DNA of 49,897 nucleotides from Parcubacteria group bacterium 21-54-25 (GCA_002255585.1 NCBJ01000007.1:1-49897); one strand, 5' to 3'; counted from the first letter of the stretch, positions 1 through 9,267 are shown. A program made the numbers and translations. The notes: generated from the sequence alone by a model not told the origin.

Positions 1-2
1 AC

Positions 3-92
3 CTGCGGATGTACAATGAGACGCGTCACCACTTCGGACTGAACCTATCGACCCCGCTTAAAGTACTTGGGTGTTTCCAAGGTGTTGATTAG
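3..92 (+). CDS. 3' end of a DDE (integrase-core type) transposase gene, truncated by the window edge
   Basis: In frame from nt 3: LRMYNETRHHFGLNLSTPLKVLGCFQGVD*. This has the 'YN..R.H..L...TP' tail typical of rve-type transposases. Stop TAG at 90-92. Confidence 0.45.
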   Translation: MRMYNETRHHFGLNLSTPLKVLGCFQGVD

Positions 93-174
93 AAAACGGT
101 ACCGGCCCGCATCAGAAATCTCTTAAAACGGGTACAGTACCGACAGGCATCTGGCTCCGAAAAATAAAAAACGT

Positions 175-513
175 ATGCAACACCAGATGAAATTATCAAC
201 TGAACCTTTCAACCAGATTGCTTCTGGTGCGAAAGTCATTGAGTCGCGCCTCTGTGATGAGAAGCGTCAGCAGATTGCACTCGGTGACGAGATAGAATTT
301 AGCGAGAATGACCATCCAGAAAACAAGGTGAACACAAAGGTCATCGGACTCCTTTGGTATAAATCATTCAAAGACCTTTTTGCAGACCACGATCCTTCAC
401 TTTTCGGTGGTGAGAGTCGAGAGTTTCTCCTCAGTCAGATAAAGCAATTCTATTCTGATGAGGATGAACAGAAATACGGCGTCGTCGGTATCCGTATCGC
501 GCTAGTTGACTAA
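175..513 (+). CDS. ASCH (PUA-like) domain protein
   Basis: 112-aa ORF. The pattern 'MKLSTEPFNQIASGAKVIESRL.DEKRQQI..GD.IEF' and its size are typical of ASCH-domain proteins. It lies between two transposase-related segments. Confidence 0.6.
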   Translation: MQHQMKLSTEPFNQIASGAKVIESRLCDEKRQQIALGDEIEFSENDHPENKVNTKVIGLLWYKSFKDLFADHDPSLFGGESREFLLSQIKQFYSDEDEQKYGVVGIRIALVD

Positions 514-651
514 GTAACACTATTTCTATAATGTAAAGACCGTACCAATATCGGTACGGTAAGCCTTGTCGCGCACGGATTAACCATCTGGTCCGGACCC
601 CAAAATTTGCACACCATCCTTGTATGATTAACCGCACTAACATACAAGCAT

Positions 652-906
652 ATGAAGAAACACCGCATCGCTCAGGACGTAAAGGAGCAGATTATCAACC
701 GCATCAAGAACGACGGTATCTCGGTCGTTGAAGCCGCTAAAGACCACGGTATCTCCGAGAACACTATCTATGGTTGGATTGCGAAGTCAACCGAAGGGCA
801 ACCGACACTGTCTGAAATCATCAAACTGAAGCGAGAGAACACCCAGCTCATGCAGCTTGTTGGCGAGATCACGCTCAAGCTGTCTGAGGCCCAAAAAAAG
901 AAGTGA
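652..906 (+). CDS. IS3-family transposase OrfA (HTH)
   Basis: 84 aa with an HTH ('ISVVEAAKDHGISENTIYGWI') and a leucine-zipper-like C-terminus. It ends in an A7G run. Confidence 0.85.
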   Translation: MKKHRIAQDVKEQIINRIKNDGISVVEAAKDHGISENTIYGWIAKSTEGQPTLSEIIKLKRENTQLMQLVGEITLKLSEAQKKK

Positions 907-1723
907 GAGAAGGCAACACCACCAAAGCTCTCCAGCACGAGAGCTCGGCATCTCGCTGCGCACTCTGTACTATCACCCACTCAAACCCGACAAAGACTGG
1001 CAGGTCAAGTGCCAGATCGAAGAAGTCCTCAGAGAGCATCCGTCATACGGCTCTCGGCGGCTTGCCATACACCTCACGATGAACCGCAAGAGGGTGAAGC
1101 GAGTGATGAGCCTGTTCGGCATCAAGGCATATCGCCGGAGAGGCAAGAAATGGCACAGAACAACGAATATCAAGGTGATGTATCCGAATCTCCTGATGAC
1201 GATGTGCCCCATGTATGAGAATCACATCTGGTGTGCCGACTTCACGTACATCCCGTTTCAAGGGAGATTCGTGTATGTCGCCACCGTCATCGACCTGTAT
1301 ACACGGAAGATTGTCGGAATGTCGGTATACACCACTCATGCCGTACAGCTCGTGCTCTCGGCATTCATGAACGCCCTGCACAGCCACCCTCGACCGTTCA
1401 TCTTCCACAGCGACAACGGCAGTGAATACAACGCTGAGATATATATCGAGGCATTAGAGACCGTCGGCACGATGATCTCTCGCTCAGCTCCCGGCTGTCC
1501 CTGGGAGAACGGCTACCAGGAGTCCTTCTACAATCAGTTCAAGATCGACTTCGGCGATCCGTCGAGATTCGCAACTCTCGGCGAGCTTGTTCTCGCCATC
1601 TATCAGACGATCTGGCAGTACAACCACGCGAGAATCCACTCCGCATTAAAAATGTCGCCTATGCAGTTTGCACTTCAGAGTGCCGCCGCATACAATTCAG
1701 GGAACAAGGATCGTGTGCAATGA
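857..1723 (+). CDS. IS3-family transposase OrfB (DDE/rve catalytic domain), probably made as an OrfAB fusion
   Basis: 'IWCADFTYIPFQGRFVYVATVIDLYTRKIVG ... FHSDNGSEY ... PWENGYQESFY ... YNHARIHSAL'. It overlaps orfA by 50 nt. Its frame is +1 relative to orfA. Confidence 0.85.
   Translation: MLARSRSSCLRPKKRSERRQHHQSSPARELGISLRTLYYHPLKPDKDWQVKCQIEEVLREHPSYGSRRLAIHLTMNRKRVKRVMSLFGIKAYRRRGKKWHRTTNIKVMYPNLLMTMCPMYENHIWCADFTYIPFQGRFVYVATVIDLYTRKIVGMSVYTTHAVQLVLSAFMNALHSHPRPFIFHSDNGSEYNAEIYIEALETVGTMISRSAPGCPWENGYQESFYNQFKIDFGDPSRFATLGELVLAIYQTIWQYNHARIHSALKMSPMQFALQSAAAYNSGNKDRVQ
894..900 (+). other. Slippery A-AAA-AAG heptamer (part of an A7G run) in the orfA/orfB overlap
   Basis: In the orfA frame the sequence reads caA AAA AAG. 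This is the classical IS3 frameshift motif, but see the finding on the frame relationship. Confidence 0.6.
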
Positions 1724-1819
1724 AAGGGGTCCAGTCCATAGCACAAAGATCCTGCAATACCAGTATGCAAAAAGGATGTCGCGTAACTCTTCCTGAATTC
1801 TATGTGCGACAAAGTCGGA

Positions 1820-2902
1820 TCACTGTATAACCTTCCCTTGTGAGTACAGATGATACCGGTCTTTCGCATCTGCCCCATTTGTCCCCTGTTGGGAATCGGC
1901 TGCGGTAATATGTATCGTGAAGCTGGCTGCGTCAGCTCCTGGTATAACGTTTTGGAGGTAATATACGTGATACCGATCTTTTGAGTAGCCATTCCACTCG
2001 TCGTTCGGACATCGAGCGCAACTGTCAGTATTATAGTAGAGAGGAGAGAAGGTCGTTTTGTCGACTCCACGCATCGGGTGTTGGTCAAAATAGACGGTGT
2101 TTTTATCTTCGGCGAAAAAATCTACTTCTCCTCCATTGATAGAATACGGAGGAAACGATGCCGAATATATAATGGAAAACGATGAGGGGTCTGCGCCCGT
2201 GATGACGGTGGTAGTTGCGAAATCGGTGGTGTACACGTGCGTACCGTCCTTTGCATAACTATCAGAACCTATTGAATCGGGAATCAAGGCAAATCGACGC
2301 GGATCGGCCCCTGGGATCACAATACCGTTCATGTACGCCGCACGGCTATCAGTTGCAAAGGCGGTGGCAAAGCCCATAGCGTCGAGAAGTACGGAGAAGG
2401 TTGCAGGGTCTGCATTGGGTACTTGATCCCCAAAGTAATAGGCATGCTTTCTATCAACCGCGTATCCGCTCGGTTCGCCGTCAGCCTTTTCGTAGATAAT
2501 CCTAAAAGAGCTCGGATCAGCACCGGGCAGTACGTTCGTCTGAAGGTATACATGTGCATTGTCGCTTTCGTACCACTTCGTGTGGTGTTGAGGAGAATAA
2601 TACAAGATCTTGAAGCTGCGAGGGTCAGCTCCAGGGATGGCGAAAGACCCGTCGTAAACCACACTTCCGGCTATATGAAATTGGCCGTCACTGGTTAGAT
2701 TACGGCTCTCGGGAGAGGAGGAAGCAATTACGGAGGTGCTGGTGGAAAGATTGGTCGGCGCCGGAAGAGTTGTATTCGGGACTGATGCCGCGTGATTCAC
2801 CAGGGGGTGCGTGGACGAATGCTGGAGCAACACCGCCACTCCTCCTACAACGAGCGCGAGCGCAACAGCAAGTGCAATGAGCCAACTTCTCTGGGCGAGC
2901 AT
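1820..2902 (-). CDS. DKNYY-repeat family protein with an N-terminal membrane anchor
   Basis: Repeated 'D.(K/R)..YY/VY' units (AKDRYHLY, SKDRYHVYY, EDKNTVYF, AKDGTHVYT, VDRKHAYYF, SDNAHVYL), each followed by 'PGADP..F'. The TM segment is 'WLIALAVALALVVGGVAVLL'. I prefer the ATG at 2902; the ORF remains open up to 3055. Confidence 0.7.
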   Translation of the reverse strand: MLAQRSWLIALAVALALVVGGVAVLLQHSSTHPLVNHAASVPNTTLPAPTNLSTSTSVIASSSPESRNLTSDGQFHIAGSVVYDGSFAIPGADPRSFKILYYSPQHHTKWYESDNAHVYLQTNVLPGADPSSFRIIYEKADGEPSGYAVDRKHAYYFGDQVPNADPATFSVLLDAMGFATAFATDSRAAYMNGIVIPGADPRRFALIPDSIGSDSYAKDGTHVYTTDFATTTVITGADPSSFSIIYSASFPPYSINGGEVDFFAEDKNTVYFDQHPMRGVDKTTFSPLYYNTDSCARCPNDEWNGYSKDRYHVYYLQNVIPGADAASFTIHITAADSQQGTNGADAKDRYHLYSQGKVIQ

Positions 2903-3097
2903 AGAATTTAGGGTTGACGTATACCAAGCGTACCATTTTCTGGGGTGTCGAACCAGAGAACGCAGCCCCAATCGATAGTGACGACCAGTCACGCACATAA
3001 ATAAAACGACAATCTCTTCAAGGCCCCACTGCGCGGGGCCTCTTCTTACTACCACCCCGTCTCGAGATGGTATAATATAGTCTATACGTATCTATCT

Positions 3098-3616
3098 ATG
3101 AGCTTTAGATTTAGGCCTAACCCAAGCGATTGGTTATTGTCGGATAAAATTCTGAACGAAGCAGATCGTGAAATAGTGGCGAACGCGAAAGTACACTCTG
3201 AGTTTGATGTTCCCTATGTTGCGGGCTACTCTGTCGATGGGGAAAGATTTTATATTGATCGGAATTTGCCAAAAAGTTTCCAACATGAGGGCCGACCTTT
3301 TGTAGTCAGAACTACTCTGATATTGCACGAAGTCGTTGAGAAAGCTCTCGAAAAAGAAGCCGCAGGTATTCCGTACCAACTAGCTCACCAAATCGCCCTT
3401 CGGGCAGAACGTGCCGCCGCGGAGGCAGCGAACATTTCATGGGATGTTTATAACAATTGGTTCGATACACAAATTAAGGAAATCGGCAGTCGTGATAGAT
3501 ATGACAACTGTCCGCCCGATCTCGATCTACAACCGTATCTTGATGAGCGTGACTGGTCTACGCTCGAGAAGATGTACGCGAACGGCAAGCCATTGTGGAA
3601 CGGGAAGAAATCCTAA
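3098..3616 (+). CDS. Hypothetical protein (172 aa)
   Basis: Clean ORF with no overlapping competitor. I recognise no motif. Confidence 0.55.
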   Translation: MSFRFRPNPSDWLLSDKILNEADREIVANAKVHSEFDVPYVAGYSVDGERFYIDRNLPKSFQHEGRPFVVRTTLILHEVVEKALEKEAAGIPYQLAHQIALRAERAAAEAANISWDVYNNWFDTQIKEIGSRDRYDNCPPDLDLQPYLDERDWSTLEKMYANGKPLWNGKKS

Positions 3617-3660
3617 GTAGTGCCGTTTAACATCGACCTTTCGTGCGCTATTATATACCC

Positions 3661-4632
3661 ATGCACAAACAGGCTGCCATACTATTTTTCACACTCGCCC
3701 TTTTGTTGCCATCGGTATCCTTTGCCGCGGCACCCTCCGCTCCGCAGACCAGCGTAATTGCCGCGCTACGCGCTACGTTGCACTCGCTACTAGCTGAATT
3801 AGCGAGTTTGCAACGGCAACTGGCTGCCTCGGTGGCGGCAAGTGCCTCTGATCCGCCCCCAGCGTCGCCAGCAGCACCGCCGCTCCACGCGCGGCCAACG
3901 GACAGTCTATATGTGACGGGAGGCCTTGGGTACGACATCTCTTTCAACACAAAAGCGTATCCATCCATTCCGTTTGATTTTGCAGTTATTGGGGTAAGTG
4001 GGGGGAAAGCATTCGTAGACAACGCGCGTCTTGCTTCTGAGTTTTCGTGGTCGCATTTTGCCTCCAGGGTGCGGCCGACTATATATATGAACATTAACGC
4101 GCCATATGGCAGTACCGTGGCGGGACACATCGGGAGTCCGCGCACCTGCCCGGGAGTCACCGACTCAAGTCAAGCTGTGGCCGCAGCAAATGGCGAACCC
4201 TCTGCGTGTGAGGGCTACAATTACGGCTACAACGCGGCAAAACATGCCTACGCATATGCACAAGCAAACAACGTGACCGCGCCGCTGTGGTGGCTCGATG
4301 TCGAAGAGGCCAACAGCTGGTCGGCAACCACGACGGTAAACGATGCGACGATACAAGGCGCGATTGATTACCTCAATGCGCAAGACGTGCGTGTGGGCAT
4401 TTATTCGGTGCCATACATGTGGCGCCAGATCGCCGGTACGGACTTTGCGCCGACGCAAACGCTCAATACGCGCGCCGAGTCAACTCCAACATGGTTTCCA
4501 ATCGGCATCACGCGCGAGGTGACGGCGCTCAACGCGTGTCTCACGTCAGACAGTTTCATTACCGGTAGCCCCGTTTGGATTATTCAATACGAATCGAGCT
4601 CGACCGCTGTCGATCAAAACATTTCCTGCTAA
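3661..4632 (+). CDS. Secreted protein with a coiled-coil/Pro-rich linker and a glycoside-hydrolase-like (GH25 / Rv2525c-like) C-terminal domain
   Basis: Signal peptide 'MHKQAAILFFTLALLLPSVSFAAA'. 'YDISFNTKAYPSIPFDFAVIGVSGG' and 'LWWLDVEEANSWS' resemble the lysozyme-like TIM-barrel family. The family assignment is from memory only. Confidence 0.5.
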   Translation: MHKQAAILFFTLALLLPSVSFAAAPSAPQTSVIAALRATLHSLLAELASLQRQLAASVAASASDPPPASPAAPPLHARPTDSLYVTGGLGYDISFNTKAYPSIPFDFAVIGVSGGKAFVDNARLASEFSWSHFASRVRPTIYMNINAPYGSTVAGHIGSPRTCPGVTDSSQAVAAANGEPSACEGYNYGYNAAKHAYAYAQANNVTAPLWWLDVEEANSWSATTTVNDATIQGAIDYLNAQDVRVGIYSVPYMWRQIAGTDFAPTQTLNTRAESTPTWFPIGITREVTALNACLTSDSFITGSPVWIIQYESSSTAVDQNISC

Positions 4633-4719
4633 AAATGGCGTGTGTCACACGCTTTTGACTCTATCAGCGGGGGTACTCCAGTCTGACGCAAGAATTGCAC
4701 AGTTTGCTATACTGTACGC

Positions 4720-4959
4720 ATGAGAACGCCCGATCTGGATAAAGAAAGAAGCGAAAAGAGACTTACCGCCAGCGAATTTCTCGCGGTGTATAACGAAGGT
4801 TTGCCGCCGACATTCCCACGCGCATCGCTTTTGCTCCTCGAGACGTATCAAAAACAGTACGCGAACCAATTCAAGGAGGGCGGCTGGTGGTCACTCGATC
4901 TGCACCGCAAGAAGGTTATGGACTGGTTGCCCGCGCACCTCAAACTTCTCGAAGCGTAG
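4720..4959 (+). CDS. Hypothetical small protein (79 aa)
   Basis: ORF only; no motif recognised. Confidence 0.35.
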   Translation: MRTPDLDKERSEKRLTASEFLAVYNEGLPPTFPRASLLLLETYQKQYANQFKEGGWWSLDLHRKKVMDWLPAHLKLLEA

Positions 4960-5087
4960 GTGGTGGACAATTAGTGCGCGTTGTGCTACTGTTCTAGCGT
5001 CAACCAGCGCTGAGCCAGAGAAGTAAGGCTCGAGCTTCTATTCCAGCCCACTGTCTTGATACTTTAATCACATTTCTCTCAATCGTT

Positions 5088-5288
5088 ATGCAAGAAGGAA
5101 CAATTGCGCGTCTTACCGACAGAGGATTCGGCTTCATCAAAGTCGAAGGCCAGGAGAAAGATCTCTTTTTCCACTCCAATGAGCTCGTCGGCATCTCGTT
5201 CGAAGAGCTTCGGGAAGGGGACAAGGTGACTTTCGAAATCGCCGAGAGCCCGAAAGGCCCGAACGCGGTCAAGGTAAGCAAAATCTAA
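5088..5288 (+). CDS. Cold-shock domain protein (CspA family)
   Basis: 66 aa. 'GTIARLTDRGFGFIKVEGQEKDLFFHSNEL' contains the RNP1/RNP2-like motifs. Confidence 0.9.
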   Translation: MQEGTIARLTDRGFGFIKVEGQEKDLFFHSNELVGISFEELREGDKVTFEIAESPKGPNAVKVSKI

Positions 5289-5331
5289 CGCGATGGGGAC
5301 GGTGTCGTCAGGAAGATTATGAGTCCTGTGC

Positions 5332-5382
5332 CACCCCCACGCAAAAACCGCGGCAATACGCCGCGGTTTTTGCGTGGGGGTG
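5332..5382. terminator. Very strong hairpin (perfect 22-bp stem), probably a bidirectional intrinsic terminator
   Basis: CACCCCCACGCAAAAACCGCGG-caatacg-CCGCGGTTTTTGCGTGGGGGTG, directly downstream of the csp gene. Confidence 0.8.
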
Positions 5383-5423
5383 ATAGACTAGACTTATATT
5401 CAAATTAGTAGTACAGTTTTCCC

Positions 5424-6509
5424 ATGAACATCCCTAATCGCCCAGAATACCTTAAAACCCAAGTGGAAGTCGAAAAACTTCGTACACTTCACTCGGAACT
5501 TGTCGAGGTCGATGCATTCGAGCGTCAGATTAAAGAACTCTTTTTTATAGATAACCACGCCTTTATTGGTATGCCGAAAGAGGAGGTCTATGCAACCACT
5601 GATTTTGAAAACTATGTGGCTACGAAGAAAGACGCATTTATTCATGTCTACTTCCCTTGGCTCAACACGATCGTGAGGACCGTCGATGCTGGCGACTACT
5701 ATCGGCTTAAAACTAATCGTAACCAGGATCTCATCACCGCAGCAGAGCAGAAAAAGTTGCATGATTACAAGGTCGCTGTACTTGGCATGAGTGTCGGTTC
5801 TAATATTGCCTTCGTGCTGGCACAAGCCGGCATCTCCAGCCGCATCATTCTCGCAGACTTCGACGAGCTTGATACGACGAACTTAAACCGCATTCTTGCG
5901 GGTGTCCACCAAGTCGGACTGAATAAGACGATCGTTGCCGCGCGCCACATCTACGAAGACGATCCATTCGCCGAGGTCACGCTCCTTCCTGAGGGCGTCA
6001 ACGAGGCGAATCTCGAGGAGCTTATCAAGGCGGGCGAGGTTGATTGTATTATCGAAGAGATCGATGATATTCCTTTCAAGATTCACGCGCGCCTGCTTGC
6101 GATGAAGTACAAAATCCCCGTTGTGATGGTAACTGACAACGGCGACGGCGTCGTACTGCATGTCGAGCGCTACGACCTTGGGCACGATAAGATCTGGGGT
6201 AAGCCACACGCGTATTATGAACAGAAGCTTGCGGACGGTCCAATGACGAAGGAGAAGGCGGGCAGCATCATCATGAACGATATCGTTGGCGGCGTGCACC
6301 GCGTCGATCCGAACATGATTAAGAGCGTCAAGCGCGTCCTCGCAAGAGAACTCGTTTCCTGGAGTCAACTCGGGTCGGCAGCTATCTTAGGCGCTGTCGT
6401 CGCAACCTATACAGTTAAAGAAATTGCGCTTGGTAAGGGTACAAAGCGAGACATCCGTGCGTGGATATCGCCGGAGAGCGTCGAGCACGGGAATCACACG
6501 GTATCCTAA
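5424..6509 (+). CDS. ThiF/MoeB/E1-like adenylyltransferase-family protein with an N-terminal extension of about 115 aa
   Basis: Rossmann/E1 motif 'KVAVLGMSVGSNIAFVLAQAGISSRIILADFDELDTTNLNRI'. The stop codon lies 2 nt before the next ATG. Confidence 0.75.
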   Translation: MNIPNRPEYLKTQVEVEKLRTLHSELVEVDAFERQIKELFFIDNHAFIGMPKEEVYATTDFENYVATKKDAFIHVYFPWLNTIVRTVDAGDYYRLKTNRNQDLITAAEQKKLHDYKVAVLGMSVGSNIAFVLAQAGISSRIILADFDELDTTNLNRILAGVHQVGLNKTIVAARHIYEDDPFAEVTLLPEGVNEANLEELIKAGEVDCIIEEIDDIPFKIHARLLAMKYKIPVVMVTDNGDGVVLHVERYDLGHDKIWGKPHAYYEQKLADGPMTKEKAGSIIMNDIVGGVHRVDPNMIKSVKRVLARELVSWSQLGSAAILGAVVATYTVKEIALGKGTKRDIRAWISPESVEHGNHTVS

Positions 6510-6511
6510 CT

Positions 6512-7609
6512 ATGTTAGGTCTCGACAGGGTGGCCGATATTACTCGGCTCGAACGTTTGAAGGAGTTTGATAATCACGAGCTTGTTTCGCTCGCATGTGA
6601 TGATTCCAATCATCTTACGGCTGTCATCGCGATCCACCGTGCTCATCCTGATGTCCCCTCGTTCGGCGCGACGCGTTTTTGGCACTACGCCTCGTCCATT
6701 GACGGAGTTAAAGACGCACTCCGTCTCTCGCGGCTCATGTCATACAAAGCGGCGCTTGCCGGACTGAATTGCGGCGGCGCGAAGGGGGTGATTATTTCGC
6801 GCGGAGATCCATATACCTTAAAAAAGGCTGTGCGCGATCGCTTACTGCGAGCATATGCTACACGCGTGAACCTGCTTGGTGGACGATTTGTCACGGGTAT
6901 AGATGTCGGTATTCGCCAAGAAGATCTCGGCACCATGTCTAATGCCTCGCGTCATATCGTTGGTTTTAACGGCAATTCAACAGAATTTACTGCGCTCGGT
7001 GTTTTTGAGAGCATACGAGCCGCACTACAGGAAGTATTTGGTGACGGCGATTTTTCTGGTCGCTCTGTTGCTATCCAGGGACTTGGTAAGGTCGGGAGCG
7101 GCGTGCTTGCGCTTTTATACGAACCAGTTGGTGCAACAGGGAAAATCTATGTTGCCGATATTGATCCGTCTCGCGTGGAAAGTACTTGCACTGCGTATCC
7201 ACGGGTTATTCCCGTCATGCCTGAAGAAATTGATGCGCAACAAGTTGACGTATTTGTTCCCTGCGCACTTTCAGGTGCCATCAATACAAAAAATGCAAAA
7301 CGTCTACAGGCGAAAATCGTAGCAGGAGGGGCTAATAATCAGCTTGAAAATGAAGCGGTCGGGGCAATACTTCACGAACGCAAGATCCTTTATGTACCTG
7401 ACTACGTCGCAAACGCAGGTGGACTCATTGCCGTCTTTGATGAATATAAGCACCCCTCCTACGACCGCGCACGGGTCGAGAAGGCGGTGTTGCACATCCC
7501 AGAAACACTACGAAAAATATTTGCCGAGAGCCGTGCAGAGAATACGACACCAAATAAAGTTGCGAACAGCATGGCTGAGCAGGTTTTTAATAATTACCAT
7601 GACTCCTGA
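6512..7609 (+). CDS. Glu/Leu/Phe/Val dehydrogenase family protein (leucine-dehydrogenase-like)
   Basis: Catalytic-Lys motif 'AGLNCGGAKGVI' and NAD-binding motif 'VAIQGLGKVGSG'. I prefer the ATG at 6512 over the upstream start in the ORF track, which overlaps the thiF-like gene. Confidence 0.8.
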   Translation: MLGLDRVADITRLERLKEFDNHELVSLACDDSNHLTAVIAIHRAHPDVPSFGATRFWHYASSIDGVKDALRLSRLMSYKAALAGLNCGGAKGVIISRGDPYTLKKAVRDRLLRAYATRVNLLGGRFVTGIDVGIRQEDLGTMSNASRHIVGFNGNSTEFTALGVFESIRAALQEVFGDGDFSGRSVAIQGLGKVGSGVLALLYEPVGATGKIYVADIDPSRVESTCTAYPRVIPVMPEEIDAQQVDVFVPCALSGAINTKNAKRLQAKIVAGGANNQLENEAVGAILHERKILYVPDYVANAGGLIAVFDEYKHPSYDRARVEKAVLHIPETLRKIFAESRAENTTPNKVANSMAEQVFNNYHDS

Positions 7610-9125
7610 TCATTACCCATTCCCTCCTCCGTTTGATAACGCGTCTGACGCCGAGGAAGCACTTAAGCACCGCGATCCGGCGGAATGGGAACGTCGTGGG
7701 GCCGCCGCCGCCCTCGATCTTTTCCGTAGAGCAAGCGAGCGTGTACCTGCGTACAAAGATTTTTTGAAAAAGCACTCGGTCAATCCAGATTCCATACGAA
7801 CTATTGCAGATTTCTCGCAACTTCCAACACTCGACAAGAACAATTACCTGCGCGCGTATCCGATCGATGCGCTCTCGTGGAACGGGGAGCTCATGGACGA
7901 ATACCAGGTATATGCCTCAACCTCCGGTTCTACGGGCGAGCCGTTCTATTTCCCGCGGACAAGGAAACAGACCGAGCAATACGCACTCCTCGCGGAGCTC
8001 TATCTGCGTTCGCAGTATAAGATTCAGGAGCGGAAAACGTTGTACGTAGATTGTTTTGCGATGGGCGCGTGGATTGGCGGCCTTTTTACTTATCAGGCGG
8101 TGGAGCGTCTTGCTGAGCGAGGGAAATATTCGCTCCACATTATTACGCCTGGTCTCGCTAAAGATGAGGCGCTGAAAGCCATCCGTAAACTCGGCCCACT
8201 GTACGACCAGGTCATTATCGGTGGATACCCTCCTTATGTTAAAGACCTGGTCGACCAGGGCACAGCCGACGGCTTAGATTGGGAAAAGTACAAAATCAAA
8301 TTCGTCTTCTCTGCCGAAGGATTTAGCGAAAAGTTTCGCGACTATGTCAGCGCGGCAGTCAGTCAAGAGAATACTCTGCGCGGATCACTCAATCACTACG
8401 GCACGGTCGACCAAGGGACACACGGGTACGAAACACCACTTGCAGCGCTGATTCGGCGCACCGCGCTAGACGACAAGCGATTTTTCAAGGAATTTTTTGG
8501 CCAGGCAAACCGTCTACCAACTCTCGCGCAATACATTCCAGAACAATTTTATTTTGAAAACGTACAAGGTGGGCTCATTTGTTCGGCAGACGCGGGGCTC
8601 CCCCTCGTGCGCTATGACCTTAAAGATCAGGGAGGTCTATGGAGTTTTAATGACGCGACAACAGCGATTGAGCGCGTAGTGCCAAACTATACACAGGTAC
8701 TCAAGGACAGGGGTATCGACGATACTGTTTTTAAACTTCCATTCGTATATCTCTACGAGCGTGCTGACTTTGTTGTTGTTCTTTATGGTGCGAATATTTA
8801 CCCAGAACACATTCGGCGTGCGCTCGAAGGGAAAACGTGCGCCACATTTGCTACTGGAAAATGTGCGATACGCATCATTGAAAATCGTATACGCGAGCCA
8901 CGGCTCGAAGTGAACATAGAGCTCAAACGTGGTGTCACCCCAGCTGCTGCAGACGCAAAAACCGCAGAAAAAGAAATCATAAAGACCCTGCTCGCTAATA
9001 ATTCAGAATATTGTTCAAATTACACGCGCCTATCACACAGAATGAAACCGCGCGTCAAGCTCTGGCTTTTTGGCGATCCGAAAAATTTCTCCGGTCGCGG
9101 TAAGCAGAAGTGGATAGTTAAATAA
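7599..9125 (+). CDS. PaaK/CapK-type (phenylacetate-CoA-ligase-like) adenylate-forming enzyme
   Basis: 'VYASTSGSTGEPFYFPRT' adenylation loop. The ATG at 7599 overlaps the dehydrogenase stop by 11 nt. The ORF-track start at 7344 lies inside the upstream gene. Confidence 0.7.
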   Translation: MTPDHYPFPPPFDNASDAEEALKHRDPAEWERRGAAAALDLFRRASERVPAYKDFLKKHSVNPDSIRTIADFSQLPTLDKNNYLRAYPIDALSWNGELMDEYQVYASTSGSTGEPFYFPRTRKQTEQYALLAELYLRSQYKIQERKTLYVDCFAMGAWIGGLFTYQAVERLAERGKYSLHIITPGLAKDEALKAIRKLGPLYDQVIIGGYPPYVKDLVDQGTADGLDWEKYKIKFVFSAEGFSEKFRDYVSAAVSQENTLRGSLNHYGTVDQGTHGYETPLAALIRRTALDDKRFFKEFFGQANRLPTLAQYIPEQFYFENVQGGLICSADAGLPLVRYDLKDQGGLWSFNDATTAIERVVPNYTQVLKDRGIDDTVFKLPFVYLYERADFVVVLYGANIYPEHIRRALEGKTCATFATGKCAIRIIENRIREPRLEVNIELKRGVTPAAADAKTAEKEIIKTLLANNSEYCSNYTRLSHRMKPRVKLWLFGDPKNFSGRGKQKWIVK

Positions 9126-9142
9126 ACACACAATCGCTCGTT

Positions 9143-9237
9143 CTTGAGTTCAACAAGTAATTGCACCACTCCGCTAAAATAGCGGGATATGGCACACAAG
9201 CAGTTGAGCGTGGAAGAGCGTGAGGAAATACAGCAAG
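9143..9237 (+). mobile_element. Truncated IS30-like element: terminal IR plus the first 16 codons of the transposase
   Basis: These 95 nt are identical, read by eye, to the reverse complement of 44952-45046 in the intact copy. The fragment encodes MAHKQLSVEEREEIQQ. Confidence 0.85.
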
Positions 9238-9267
9238 TATCGTGTGCAATGAAAGAGGTCCAATCCA
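9238..9267 (+). mobile_element. Solo right end (IRR) of the IS3-like element, fused to the IS30 fragment
   Basis: GTGTGCAATGAAAGAGGTCCAATCCA matches IRR 1713-1738 (GTGTGCAATGAAAGGGGTCCAGTCCA) at 24 of 26 positions. Confidence 0.7.

Larger units (their letters stand above)
589..1738 (+). mobile_element. IS3-family insertion sequence, copy 1 (1150 bp)
   Basis: Imperfect terminal inverted repeats: TGGTCCGGACCCCAAAATTTGCACAC (589-614) and the reverse complement of 1713-1738, TGGACTGGACCCCTTTCATTGCACAC. The ends are TG...CA. It carries orfA and orfB with an rve core. No clear target duplication is visible. Confidence 0.85.

Noticed and set aside
7344-7598. Upstream extension of the 593-aa ORF 7344..9125
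   Set aside because: The extension lies entirely inside the dehydrogenase gene in another frame and has odd composition. The ATG at 7599, which overlaps the dehydrogenase stop, gives a normal PaaK-like N-terminus.
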